The notes below the pieces were generated by a model. That model did not search any database, had not been told where the DNA came from, and saw only the letters and a list, made by a program, of their open reading frames with translations. Positions 9,356 to 17,835 of a stretch of DNA of 20,000 bases are shown piece by piece (positions within the stretch are counted from its first letter, which is position 1; the number at the start of each line of letters is the position of its first letter). Origin of the DNA: an uncultured virus (IMG/VR IMGVR_UViG_2568526633_000001) (Duplodnaviria; Heunggongvirae; Uroviricota; Caudoviricetes); IMG/VR virus record IMGVR_UViG_2568526633_000001, one strand, 5' to 3'. Made by a program: the position numbers and the translations under genes.

Positions 9356-9761
9356 AAACGAAGAACTGGTTGATGTGATTACCTTCCTTGAAGGATTTGA
9401 ACTTCAACCGAAAGTCAGTCGGGTGCGAACGAAACTCGTCAAGCTCATCCGAACTAAGATCGACGAGCTGTACAAGGACGAGATTGATTTGTTACAACGT
9501 TTTGGGAAGAAAGACGAGGAGGGGAATCTCGTCCAAGACAATGGGAACTTTTCGTTGCTACCTGAAACGGCAGTTGAATATCATAAAGAAAAGGCAGATT
9601 TGTTAAACGAAGACTCCGTTATTGATGTAGCGGAACTTCATGACAAACTGCCTTTATTGATTGGTGGCTTAGAAGATAGCGAGGTCAAGGTTTCAGGCAA
9701 AGATGCAGAGGCCTTAGAACTCGTCTTGGAATTATTGGAAATAGAAGTTAAAGGCGTTTAG
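9342..9761 (+). CDS. Phage protein, DUF1617-like
   Basis: RBS AAGGAGG; pattern SRVRTKLVKL...KKDEEGNLV and position between tail and lysis genes. Confidence 0.6.
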   Translation: MLKIRNEELVDVITFLEGFELQPKVSRVRTKLVKLIRTKIDELYKDEIDLLQRFGKKDEEGNLVQDNGNFSLLPETAVEYHKEKADLLNEDSVIDVAELHDKLPLLIGGLEDSEVKVSGKDAEALELVLELLEIEVKGV

Positions 9762-9784
9762 GCGAAAGTCTAGATGCCTTTTTT
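9751..9784 (+). terminator. Putative intrinsic terminator before the lysis module
   Basis: AAGGCGTTTAGGC-GAAA-GTCTAGATGCCTT (with G-U pairs) followed by a T run. Confidence 0.6.
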
Positions 9785-9807
9785 GAATACAGAAATGGAG
9801 GAATGAC

Positions 9808-10224
9808 ATGATGAAACAGACATGGAATTTGATTCAGACAGGCTTTGTGGCAACAGGTGGTCTGGTTGGTTGGTATCTGGGAGGTTTTGATGCCTCGCTT
9901 TATACCTTGCTTGCCTTTGTGGTGGTGGACTACATCACAGGGGTCTTGCGTGCGATCAACGAGAAGAAGGTTTCAAGCCGTATTGGGGCAAAGGGTATCA
10001 CAAAGAAGATTTTGATTTTCTTGTTGGTGGGTGTCGGTCACATGCTCGACTTGGAGCTGAAAACAGGGAACGTCCTACGTGATGCAGTGATTTTCTTCTA
10101 CATCTCAAACGAGGGAATCTCACTTTTAGAAAATGCCGTAAGCATTGGCTTGCCTGTGCCTGAAAAAGTCAAAGAAGCACTCAAACAATTACATGGTAAG
10201 GAGGATAACGAAAATGGGAATTAG
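9808..10224 (+). CDS. Holin (phage_holin_4-like)
   Basis: Hydrophobic helices, motifs VVDYITGV, NEGISLLENA and GLPVPEKVK; directly upstream of the lysin. Confidence 0.9.
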   Translation: MMKQTWNLIQTGFVATGGLVGWYLGGFDASLYTLLAFVVVDYITGVLRAINEKKVSSRIGAKGITKKILIFLLVGVGHMLDLELKTGNVLRDAVIFFYISNEGISLLENAVSIGLPVPEKVKEALKQLHGKEDNENGN

Positions 10225-11134
10225 TAGTTTAGCCACAAAATATGGCTTTCAATCGTTCCCTCACTACTCATCGGGACGTAGTGGGGCGAAGGTCAATAAA
10301 ATCGTCATCCATCACATGGCAGGCACGAACTATGACATCGTGCCAAGTATCTGGCAGACCCGTGAGGCCTCAGCGCATTACGGGATTGGCAAAAACGGAG
10401 AAATTCGTGCCTATGTGGATGAAAACAATACGGCATGGCACGCGGGTAACTGGAATGCCAATATCTCGAGTATTGGGATTGAAAACTGCAACTCCAATGG
10501 CTCACCATCATGGAGTGTGAATCAAGCCACCATTGATGCGTGCGCCAAGTTAGTGGCGGATATCGCCAAACGTCACGGTCTTGGAAAGCTAGTGGTGAAT
10601 CAGAACTTGTTCCCACACAGCTATTTTTCAAGCACCTCGTGTCCCGGTGTTCTTTTAGATAAACTGCAGTACATTGCGGACAAAGCAAACGCGATTAATA
10701 CTGGTGGCGGTTCATCAACTCCAAGCAAGCCAACCGCAGGACTTTATCGTGTTCGAAAATCATGGGCGGATGCCAAGACTCAGATCGGAGCATTCAAGGA
10801 TCTAGCGAATGCCAAAGCCTGCGCTGACCGAAACAAAGGCTATTCTGTCTATGATGAATCCGGAAAGGCTATTTATCCAACAGGTGGCGGTTCATCAACC
10901 CCAACAACCAAGAAACTCGTGGTCCAAGTGAACGGCTTGAATGTCCGTAATCGTCCTTCACTCAGTGGCACGGTAGTCGGTACTTATAACAAGGGCGCGA
11001 CATGGACACTGCCCAAGTCAGAACAACTGACAATCGCGGATGGTTGGGTATGGGCTCGTTGTCCTATCGGCTATTGTGCCGTCGGGAAGAATACTGGCAA
11101 GACTGAGCCGGATGACTATATCTTAATTTCATAG
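10214..11134 (+). CDS. Endolysin: N-acetylmuramoyl-L-alanine amidase (Amidase_2) + SPOR-like + SH3-like domains
   Basis: IVIHH, ASAHY, AWHAG, SIGIE and H...TSCPG motifs; LYRVRKSWADAKTQIGAF module; LNVRNRPS SH3b-like end; ATG 10214 follows RBS GGAGG. Confidence 0.9.
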   Translation: MGISSLATKYGFQSFPHYSSGRSGAKVNKIVIHHMAGTNYDIVPSIWQTREASAHYGIGKNGEIRAYVDENNTAWHAGNWNANISSIGIENCNSNGSPSWSVNQATIDACAKLVADIAKRHGLGKLVVNQNLFPHSYFSSTSCPGVLLDKLQYIADKANAINTGGGSSTPSKPTAGLYRVRKSWADAKTQIGAFKDLANAKACADRNKGYSVYDESGKAIYPTGGGSSTPTTKKLVVQVNGLNVRNRPSLSGTVVGTYNKGATWTLPKSEQLTIADGWVWARCPIGYCAVGKNTGKTEPDDYILIS

Positions 11135-11147
11135 CCAAACGAATAAA

Positions 11148-11186
11148 CCTGCAAGAGTGATTAATTTCATTCTTGCAGGCTTTTTT
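11148..11186 (+). terminator. Intrinsic terminator ending the late operon
   Basis: CCTGCAAGAGTGA-TTAATT-TCATTCTTGCAGG followed by CTTTTTT. Confidence 0.85.
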
Positions 11187-11254
11187 GCTTTTTTTCAGAG
11201 TTAGGGTTTACTTTTTGAGATTTTCGACGCCTGTAACTTGAGGAGGGATAACCC

Positions 11255-11659
11255 ATGAACGAGTTACAGAAAGAAAAAATCAAAGAATTAAGGAAATCAG
11301 GCTATGGCTACAAACGAGTGGCTACTGAATTGGGAATATCCATTAACACCATAAAATCATTTTGTAGAAAAGAAGGGCTTAATGGAGTTAAGGGAACAGT
11401 TCGGTCACTAGATGTCTGTCTTACCTGTGGATCTGCTTTGCCAATATCAAAAACCAAGAAACGAAAATTCTGTTCTAAAGAATGCCGTGAGAAGTGGTGG
11501 AGCAAAAATCGAAATAAACTAAATAAGAAGAAGGCTCGAATCGAACATTGCCTATCTTGTGGCAAGGAAATGAGACTTTATGAGTTTGAAAAGCGGAAAT
11601 TTTGCTCTCATGCTTGCTACATTGAATCACGATTCGGAGGTGGTGCTCATCATGAATAA
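11255..11659 (+). CDS. HTH + double zinc-finger DNA-binding protein
   Basis: N-terminal HTH (GYGYKRVATELGISINTIKSFCR) and two CxxC...FCSxxC units; RBS GAGGAGG. Confidence 0.8.
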   Translation: MNELQKEKIKELRKSGYGYKRVATELGISINTIKSFCRKEGLNGVKGTVRSLDVCLTCGSALPISKTKKRKFCSKECREKWWSKNRNKLNKKKARIEHCLSCGKEMRLYEFEKRKFCSHACYIESRFGGGAHHE

Positions 11660-11816
11660 GCAACTTATCCGGAATGAAATGCTATATCAAATGAGCATTC
11701 AACCTGCCAAAATCATGCTTGAAAAAAGTCTCATCACCAAGGTGGAGTTCAAGAAAATGAAGGCCTTCCTCCTTCAGAAATATGAGCCGATAATCCCGTC
11801 ATTATTGGATTTATGA
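11652..11816 (+). CDS. Small helical protein (SHOCT-like, 54 aa) preceding the recombinases
   Basis: RBS GGAGGTGG, ATG 11652 overlapping the upstream gene; MLEKSLITKVEFKKMK resembles the SHOCT pattern (G-I-T-E-E-F). Confidence 0.65.
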   Translation: MNKQLIRNEMLYQMSIQPAKIMLEKSLITKVEFKKMKAFLLQKYEPIIPSLLDL

Positions 11817-11874
11817 CTTGATATAAGTGTCGAAAAGAGTGATGTATAGGTGTGTAGGAAGGAGGATTTACACC

Positions 11875-13647
11875 ATGAAGGTAATACAAAAGATTGAACC
11901 GACAAAGCCTAAAATCGCCAAGCGAAAACGTGTGGCAGCCTATGCTCGGGTCTCCGTTGATAAGGGCAGAACCATGCACTCACTCTCGGCACAGGTCAGT
12001 TACTACTCAAAACTGATTCAGAAGAACCCTGATTGGGAATACGTGGGTGTTTACTCAGATGGCGGAATTTCAGGAAGAACAACTGAATCCAGAAATGAAT
12101 TTAAGCGCCTCATCAAAGACTGTAAGGACGGCAAGGTGGATATTATCCTAACGAAGTCCATCAGCCGATTTGCGAGGAACACTGTTGATTTGTTGGAAAC
12201 CGTCCGCGATCTCAGAGCCATTAACGTTGAGGTGCGGTTTGAGAAAGAGAATATCCACTCCCTCAGTGGTGATGGTGAGCTGATGCTTTCAATCTTGGCA
12301 TCTTTCGCTCAAGAAGAAAGTCGCAGTATCTCCAACAACATCAAATGGTCAATTCAGAAACGGTTTAAGGAAGGTAAACACAATGGACGTTTTAACATTT
12401 ACGGTTATCGTTGGGTGGGGCAGGAGTTGATAGTTGAACCGAGTGAAGCTGAGAACATCAAGTTGATGTACGCAAACTACATGAACGGTTTGTCCGCAGA
12501 GTTCACAGCAAAGCAACTCACGAAAATGGGCGTGACAGCCATGAAGGGTGGACCATTTAAGGCAACATCTGTCAGGCAAATCTTGAAGAACATCACTTAC
12601 ACGGGCAACCTACTTTTACAAAAGGAGTATACGCCAGATCCTATAACAGGAAAATCGAGATATAACAACGGTGAAATGCCACAATACTTTGTTGAGAATC
12701 ATCATGAAGCAATTATCCCTATGGAGGAATGGCAGGCGGTTCAAGATGAGCGGTTGAAACGAAGAAAACTCGGTGCTCGTGCTAATAAGTCGATTAACAC
12801 CACTTGTTTTACATCAAAAATAAAGTGCGGAAACTGCGGCAAGAATTTCAGACGAAGTGGAAAACGGCAAGGGAAAAATAAAGAGCTTTATCATATTTGG
12901 ATTTGTCGTAACAAAAGCGAGAAAGGTGTGAAAGTCTGTAATGCTCGGAATATTCCAGAGCCTGCTCTCAAAAAGTATGCAACTGAAGTTCTTGGTTTAG
13001 AAGTGTTTGATGAACAAATTTTCATAGACTCGATTGAAGAAATCGTTGCCTCAGAAGGGAATATGTTGCAGTTCAAGTTTTATGGGGGCAGAGAGGTTGA
13101 GGTTAAATGGACATCTACGGCTCGCAAGGATTACTGGACGCCAGAGGTCAGACGGGCTTGGAGTGAACGGAACAAACGTAAGGAAAGTAGAACTTGGAAC
13201 GGCAGAACGACAGAATTCACAGGTTTTGTAGTTTGCGGACGATGTGGAGCCAATTATCGAAGGCAAGCTGTAACGTCTAAAACGGATGGCACAGTCAGAA
13301 GAAAGTGGCACTGTTCAAATTCAGCTGTAGCTTGTAATGAGGGTAAGAGTCGAAATTGCATCTACGAAGAGGATTTAAAGGTAATGGTTGCAGAGATTCT
13401 TGGAATTCCAACATTCAATGAACCAACAATGGATGAAAAGCTATCTCGAATCAGTATCATCGACACTGAAGTAACTTTTCATTTTAAAGATGGTCATGAT
13501 GAAGTCAGAACTTTTGAGATACCTAAAAAGAAGGCGAGAACCTTTTCAGAAGAAGAACGTGCCAGGCGAAGATTAGTTATGAAGAAACGATGGGAGGAGA
13601 AGAAACGTGACGAAGAAAGTAACAACGATACCAGCGACAATCACTAA
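11875..13647 (+). CDS. Large serine recombinase 1 (catalytic + recombinase domain + two zinc ribbons)
   Basis: RBS AAGGAGG and ATG 11875; AYARVS, TKSISRFARN and AQEESRSIS motifs; CGNCG and CGRCG ribbons. Confidence 0.92.
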   Translation: MKVIQKIEPTKPKIAKRKRVAAYARVSVDKGRTMHSLSAQVSYYSKLIQKNPDWEYVGVYSDGGISGRTTESRNEFKRLIKDCKDGKVDIILTKSISRFARNTVDLLETVRDLRAINVEVRFEKENIHSLSGDGELMLSILASFAQEESRSISNNIKWSIQKRFKEGKHNGRFNIYGYRWVGQELIVEPSEAENIKLMYANYMNGLSAEFTAKQLTKMGVTAMKGGPFKATSVRQILKNITYTGNLLLQKEYTPDPITGKSRYNNGEMPQYFVENHHEAIIPMEEWQAVQDERLKRRKLGARANKSINTTCFTSKIKCGNCGKNFRRSGKRQGKNKELYHIWICRNKSEKGVKVCNARNIPEPALKKYATEVLGLEVFDEQIFIDSIEEIVASEGNMLQFKFYGGREVEVKWTSTARKDYWTPEVRRAWSERNKRKESRTWNGRTTEFTGFVVCGRCGANYRRQAVTSKTDGTVRRKWHCSNSAVACNEGKSRNCIYEEDLKVMVAEILGIPTFNEPTMDEKLSRISIIDTEVTFHFKDGHDEVRTFEIPKKKARTFSEEERARRRLVMKKRWEEKKRDEESNNDTSDNH

Positions 13648-15181
13648 ATTCAGTCAGACACCAATTAACCGTGTCACCAAAAGACGAGTGGCGGCTTACG
13701 CTCGTGTGTCAACTGAACAAGAAGAACAGCAGACTAGCTATGAGGCGCAGATTGATTACTACACCAACTACATTAGCGGTCGGGAGGATTGGGAGTTTGC
13801 GGGCATGTATTCGGACGAAGGCATCAGTGCGACCAACACCAAGAAACGTGTTGGCTTTCAAACCATGGTGACGGATGCCTTGGACGGCAAGATTGACTTG
13901 ATTGTCACGAAAAGTGTCAGCCGTTTTGCCCGCAACACTGTTGACTCCTTAACCACGGTTCGCCAACTCAAGGAAAAAGGGGTCGAGATTTATTTCGAGA
14001 AAGAAAATATCTGGACACTTGACTCCAAGGGCGAACTCCTCATCACGATTATGTCGAGCTTGGCTCAAGAGGAAAGTCGAAGTATTTCTGAGAACGTGGT
14101 TTGGGGTCAGAGAAAACGATTCGCTGACGGCAAAGTGACCGTCCCGTTCAAACGTTTCTTGGGTTATGACATGGGTGAGGATCGAAACTTGGTGGTCAAC
14201 CCTGAGCAAGCCAAGCTCGTCAAACGGATTTATGGGATGTTCCTTCAAGGCAAAGCCCCGCATACGATAGCGAAGATCCTGACGGAAGAACCAGAAACAC
14301 TGACACCCGCAGGCAAGCAGAAGTGGAATCCATCCACGATTAAATCCATCCTGACCAATGAGAAGTACAAGGGTGATGCCTTACTGCAGAAGTCCTACAC
14401 AGTCGACTTCCTTACTAAAGAGAAGAAAGCCAACGAAGGAGAAATCCCTCAATACTACGTCAAGGGCAACCACGAAGCCATTATCCAACCTGAGATATTT
14501 GACATGGTTCAAAAACAGATGGCTTTACGCACCAAGGGAAATAATCGCAGGCGTTCGACCAGCATATTTTCAAGTAAACTGATCTGCGGAGACTGCGGCA
14601 ACTTTTATGGCTCTAAGGTTTGGCATAGCAATACCAAATACCGCAGAACCGTCTGGCGGTGTAACCACAAATACGGGAATGACGAGAAGTGTCAAACGCC
14701 ACATTTGACTGAGGATGAAATCAAGGAAATCTTCATCAAGGCGACCAACCAATTGGTGGATATGAAAGACGAGGTCATCAGCAACTATGACGAGATGAAG
14801 GAGATGTTGTTCGGAACGGTTGACCTTGAAAGCGAGCAAGGAAAACTTGAAGATGAGCTTAACGAAGTCGCTAGCTTAATTGAGGACTGTATTAACGAGA
14901 ATGCCAGAGTCGCACTCGACCAATCGGAATACGAGAAACGGTATAACAGCTTTGTGGAACGGTTCGACAAAGCGAACGGACGGCTAGAGGAAGTCAAGGT
15001 GCAAATTACCGAACGCCAGGCACGAGGGCAACAAATCGAGATATTCTTAAAAGACCTGGAGGAGGTTGGTGTGCTCGAGGAATTCGAAGATGATTTATTC
15101 CTTGCATTGGTTGAAAACATTGAGGTTGGAAGGTATAAAGTGGTGGTCCGGTTCAAGGATGGCACTGAGGTGGAAGGTTAA
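13607..15181 (+). CDS. Large serine recombinase 2 (canonical, zinc ribbon + coiled coil)
   Basis: GTG start after GGAGGAG; AYARVS, TKSVSRFARN, NEKYKGDALLQK and CGDCG...C motifs; long acidic coiled coil. Confidence 0.95.
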   Translation: MTKKVTTIPATITKFSQTPINRVTKRRVAAYARVSTEQEEQQTSYEAQIDYYTNYISGREDWEFAGMYSDEGISATNTKKRVGFQTMVTDALDGKIDLIVTKSVSRFARNTVDSLTTVRQLKEKGVEIYFEKENIWTLDSKGELLITIMSSLAQEESRSISENVVWGQRKRFADGKVTVPFKRFLGYDMGEDRNLVVNPEQAKLVKRIYGMFLQGKAPHTIAKILTEEPETLTPAGKQKWNPSTIKSILTNEKYKGDALLQKSYTVDFLTKEKKANEGEIPQYYVKGNHEAIIQPEIFDMVQKQMALRTKGNNRRRSTSIFSSKLICGDCGNFYGSKVWHSNTKYRRTVWRCNHKYGNDEKCQTPHLTEDEIKEIFIKATNQLVDMKDEVISNYDEMKEMLFGTVDLESEQGKLEDELNEVASLIEDCINENARVALDQSEYEKRYNSFVERFDKANGRLEEVKVQITERQARGQQIEIFLKDLEEVGVLEEFEDDLFLALVENIEVGRYKVVVRFKDGTEVEG

Positions 15182-15196
15182 GTTAAATTGGGTTGA

Positions 15197-15230
15197 GGCA
15201 CTCTTGCTTGATGGCGGGAGTGCTGTTTTT
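15197..15230 (+). terminator. Intrinsic terminator after the recombinases
   Basis: GGCACTCTTGC-TTGATG-GCGGGAGTGCT followed by GTTTTT. Confidence 0.7.
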
Positions 15231-15254
15231 GTGGTATTCAAGAAAGCGTCTACG

Positions 15255-15263
15255 TGATATAAT
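15255..15263 (+). promoter_or_regulatory. Extended -10 promoter for the GmrSD-YjcQ operon
   Basis: TG-A-TATAAT consensus; RBS AAGGAG upstream of ATG 15306. Confidence 0.7.
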
Positions 15264-15305
15264 ATATCGGATAAGGTACTAGAGAAGGGTTAAGGAGTAG
15301 AAGAA

Positions 15306-17348
15306 ATGGAATCAAATCCACGAAAACTATTAGATGAGTTTATTCCTGAAGCAATGGGAAAACAATTTGTTATCCCGGTATATCAAAGAAAATATACCTG
15401 GACGGTAAAAAAGCAGCTGGTTCAACTGATGAAAGATTTGGTTGGGCTTATTGAAGATGAGACGAATCAAAAACAGCATTTTTTAGGTACAATCGTTTAC
15501 CTTGAAAATGTTGTGGATTATAAAACTGAGCGATCTATTGTTGATGGACAACAGCGGTTAGTGACTATGTTTTTGATTGCTCATGCGATGAAATCAATCT
15601 CTGAAAATGAGTACCGTGCAAGGGAAATTGATGAAACATATCTTCAAAATTATGCTGAGCAAGTTGGAAGTAGATACCGCCAACGGCTGTATCCTTCTGT
15701 GGCAGATGGGAACGATTATCTGATTATTGCAGAGGGCAGATATGATGAGATAAATAAAGACAGCGCCAGTAATATCGTTCAGAACTTTCTGTACTTGCGA
15801 ACAGAGTTAAAGGATCTGGTCGAAGAATATACGTTTGATAGAGTACTTTATGCACTGAAACGATTTTCTATTGTTTATATTAAATTAGATGACCGCGATA
15901 ATGCACAGCAAATTTTTGAAAGTATCAATTCTACCGGTGAAAGATTGACTGCCTCGGATTTGATTCGAAACTTCATCATGATGGATAAATCGAATGAAGA
16001 GCAGACTACGCTTTATACTAAATATTGGCGTCGGTTGGAAGAAGTCTTTGATAATTCTAAAGGAATGGAAGACTTTTTCAGATACTACCTTGCTGCAATA
16101 ATTGGGGAGTATTCAGCAAAGCATATTCTTTATCAAGCATTCAAAGACTATTGGCATAAAGAGCGCGAGGTATCAAGTGATGCCGAATTGCTCCAAAAAT
16201 TAGTACGATATGCTGGTTATTTTGCGAGACTTTACTATAACAAACCTGAAGGAAAATACTCAGAAGTATTGAGTGATTTCCAAAGCATGGAAAGTATGAT
16301 GCCTGCACCTTTTGTTTTGGGATTATCTGAATGGTACTATCATGACCAATTTATCACTGAAGACCAATATATTGATGCGATTAAGGTAGTGAATGATTAT
16401 CAGCTTCGGAGATATTTTAATGGGGATGATACAAGCAGAGTGTCAAAAGCATTTCCTTCATATTTGAAAAATGTTAGGAAGTACGCTAAAGCTAATGGAT
16501 ATGAAAATATCGTTGATATTGTAATTTATGTTCTTGTTACTAGAAATCAATCAAATAATATGGCACTTCCATCTGACAAGGCATTGAAATCTAATCTATT
16601 GAATGCCAATGCTTATGCGATGAGATTGGCCCGTTGGTTACTTGAAAAAATAGAGAATCGTGAAAATTCAGCAACACTTGATATGAGTAACTTGTCCATT
16701 GAACACATCATGCCACAGACTAGTACTTCATATTGGGAAGAGAAGGCTGGTACATCGGGGGAAGAATACACAGGATTAGTAAATACCATTGGTAATTTAA
16801 CACTCGTTACAAAGCCTGATAATTCGGCCGCGGGAAATAAAGACTTTGAGACCAAAAAGAAAATCTTTGAAGATACCCTTCATATTCGTATGAATAAAGA
16901 TTTGTACGAATTGACTGAGTGGACATCATCGGATATTTCTGCCAGAAGTGAAGCTCTAATCAATGAACTGATTACTATGTATCCCTATTTGAGATCGTCG
17001 GGCGACTATGAACACGATGGTAATAGAGAAATTTTCTTAGAGGCACAAGGAATAAAGGCAACTGGGTATTTGAACGAAGACGAGACTGTGATTATACATT
17101 CAGGTTCAGAAATCTATTCTAAGATTAAAGATATTGCATCTGATTCGTTAGATGAAACTCGCCAAGAGCTGTTGGATAATGGAATCATTGAAGAAACAAT
17201 TGGGGGACTACAATTTGTTCAAGATTACACTGCCTCATCTGTTTCGAATGCAGCAGCTCTGCTGTTAGGGGGGAGCCGAAATGGTTGGGACTACTGGAAA
17301 GATGATAACGGAATAAGTATTAATGATTCGCTAAGAAATAAGAAATAG
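15306..17348 (+). CDS. gmrSD: GmrSD-like type IV (modification-dependent) restriction enzyme, DUF262-DUF1524 fused to a C-terminal DUF4357-like domain
   Basis: DUF262 motifs IPVYQRKYTW, IVDGQQRL and IFESINSTG; HNH-type DUF1524 SIEHIMPQ...IGNLTL...N; C-terminal FVQDY-SSVSNAA-LLGGSRNGWDYWKD. Confidence 0.85.
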   Translation: MESNPRKLLDEFIPEAMGKQFVIPVYQRKYTWTVKKQLVQLMKDLVGLIEDETNQKQHFLGTIVYLENVVDYKTERSIVDGQQRLVTMFLIAHAMKSISENEYRAREIDETYLQNYAEQVGSRYRQRLYPSVADGNDYLIIAEGRYDEINKDSASNIVQNFLYLRTELKDLVEEYTFDRVLYALKRFSIVYIKLDDRDNAQQIFESINSTGERLTASDLIRNFIMMDKSNEEQTTLYTKYWRRLEEVFDNSKGMEDFFRYYLAAIIGEYSAKHILYQAFKDYWHKEREVSSDAELLQKLVRYAGYFARLYYNKPEGKYSEVLSDFQSMESMMPAPFVLGLSEWYYHDQFITEDQYIDAIKVVNDYQLRRYFNGDDTSRVSKAFPSYLKNVRKYAKANGYENIVDIVIYVLVTRNQSNNMALPSDKALKSNLLNANAYAMRLARWLLEKIENRENSATLDMSNLSIEHIMPQTSTSYWEEKAGTSGEEYTGLVNTIGNLTLVTKPDNSAAGNKDFETKKKIFEDTLHIRMNKDLYELTEWTSSDISARSEALINELITMYPYLRSSGDYEHDGNREIFLEAQGIKATGYLNEDETVIIHSGSEIYSKIKDIASDSLDETRQELLDNGIIEETIGGLQFVQDYTASSVSNAAALLLGGSRNGWDYWKDDNGISINDSLRNKK

Positions 17349-17368
17349 AGCATGGAGGTGGTGTTAGG

Positions 17369-17653
17369 TTGGATAAGAACAAACTAAGATATGCAATTAT
17401 GAAATTGCGTGATGAAAAAAAGAACCCTTTTATTGAGCTTGAAGGGCAAGTGCCAAAAGAAGATATTTTAGAACAAACAAAAATTCTTTCGCGCAACGAC
17501 TTACTAGAATCCATGGTTTGGGCGGATAACACAGTTCATATCTGGGGGAATGTTTCTCTGGAAGGGGAAAAATATTTAGTTGAAAACTCCGGTCTTGCTA
17601 AGGCGTATGCATTGGCAAAAGAAGTTAAAGATTGGATTCCATTTTGGAGCTAA
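17369..17653 (+). CDS. YjcQ-like small winged-helix protein
   Basis: TTG start with RBS GGAGGTGG; MDKNKLRYAIMK...GEKYLVENS..AKAY..AKEVKDWI resembles B. subtilis YjcQ as recalled. Confidence 0.7.
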   Translation: MDKNKLRYAIMKLRDEKKNPFIELEGQVPKEDILEQTKILSRNDLLESMVWADNTVHIWGNVSLEGEKYLVENSGLAKAYALAKEVKDWIPFWS

Positions 17654-17672
17654 GATAAGTTTTTAAACGGAG

Positions 17673-17708
17673 AAGGCAGCAAATCATAATTGGTTTGTTG
17701 CCTTTTTT
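17673..17708 (+). terminator. Intrinsic terminator after the cargo operon
   Basis: AAGGCAGCAAATCA-TAAT-TGGTTTGTTGCCTT followed by TTTT. Confidence 0.8.
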
Positions 17709-17720
17709 GATTGCCCAAAA

Positions 17721-17800
17721 AGAAAAATGACAAAGTATCGAGAAAAATGACAAAGTATCGAGAAAAATGACATAGTACACGGGAAAAATAACATTGTATC
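17721..17800 (+). repeat. Tandem ~20-bp direct repeat array (2 perfect + 2 degenerate copies)
   Basis: AGAAAAATGACAAAGTATCG x2 (17721-17760), AGAAAAATGACATAGTACACG (17761-17781), GGAAAAATAACATTGTATC (17782-17800). Confidence 0.95.
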
Positions 17801-17835
17801 ACCGACAACGTCTAAATAGACCCATGTTGTGGAGC
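17800..17835. other. Putative right attachment junction of the prophage within hsdM
   Basis: HsdM-like coding begins at GAC CCA TGT TGT GGA (17819), with an in-frame TAA at 17813; imperfect dyad ACAAC-N16-GTTGT centred on 17817/17818. Confidence 0.7.

Larger units (their letters stand above)
1..17818 (+). mobile_element. Prophage (siphovirus-like, probably defective), right part; left end lies outside the window
   Basis: Canonical order of tail chaperone, TMP, Dit, Tal, holin, lysin, then serine recombinases and cargo; abrupt junction into an hsdM reading frame at ~17819. Confidence 0.92.

Noticed and set aside
8600..9760. Diversity-generating retroelement acting on the tail protein
   Set aside because: No reverse transcriptase and no TR/VR repeat pair seen in the window.
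9808..9816. Lambda-S-type dual-start holin/antiholin
   Set aside because: The starts are adjacent Met-Met with no intervening basic residue, so there is no real support.
17721..17800. CRISPR array or replication iterons
   Set aside because: Repeats are contiguous with no spacers, and there are no cas or rep genes nearby.
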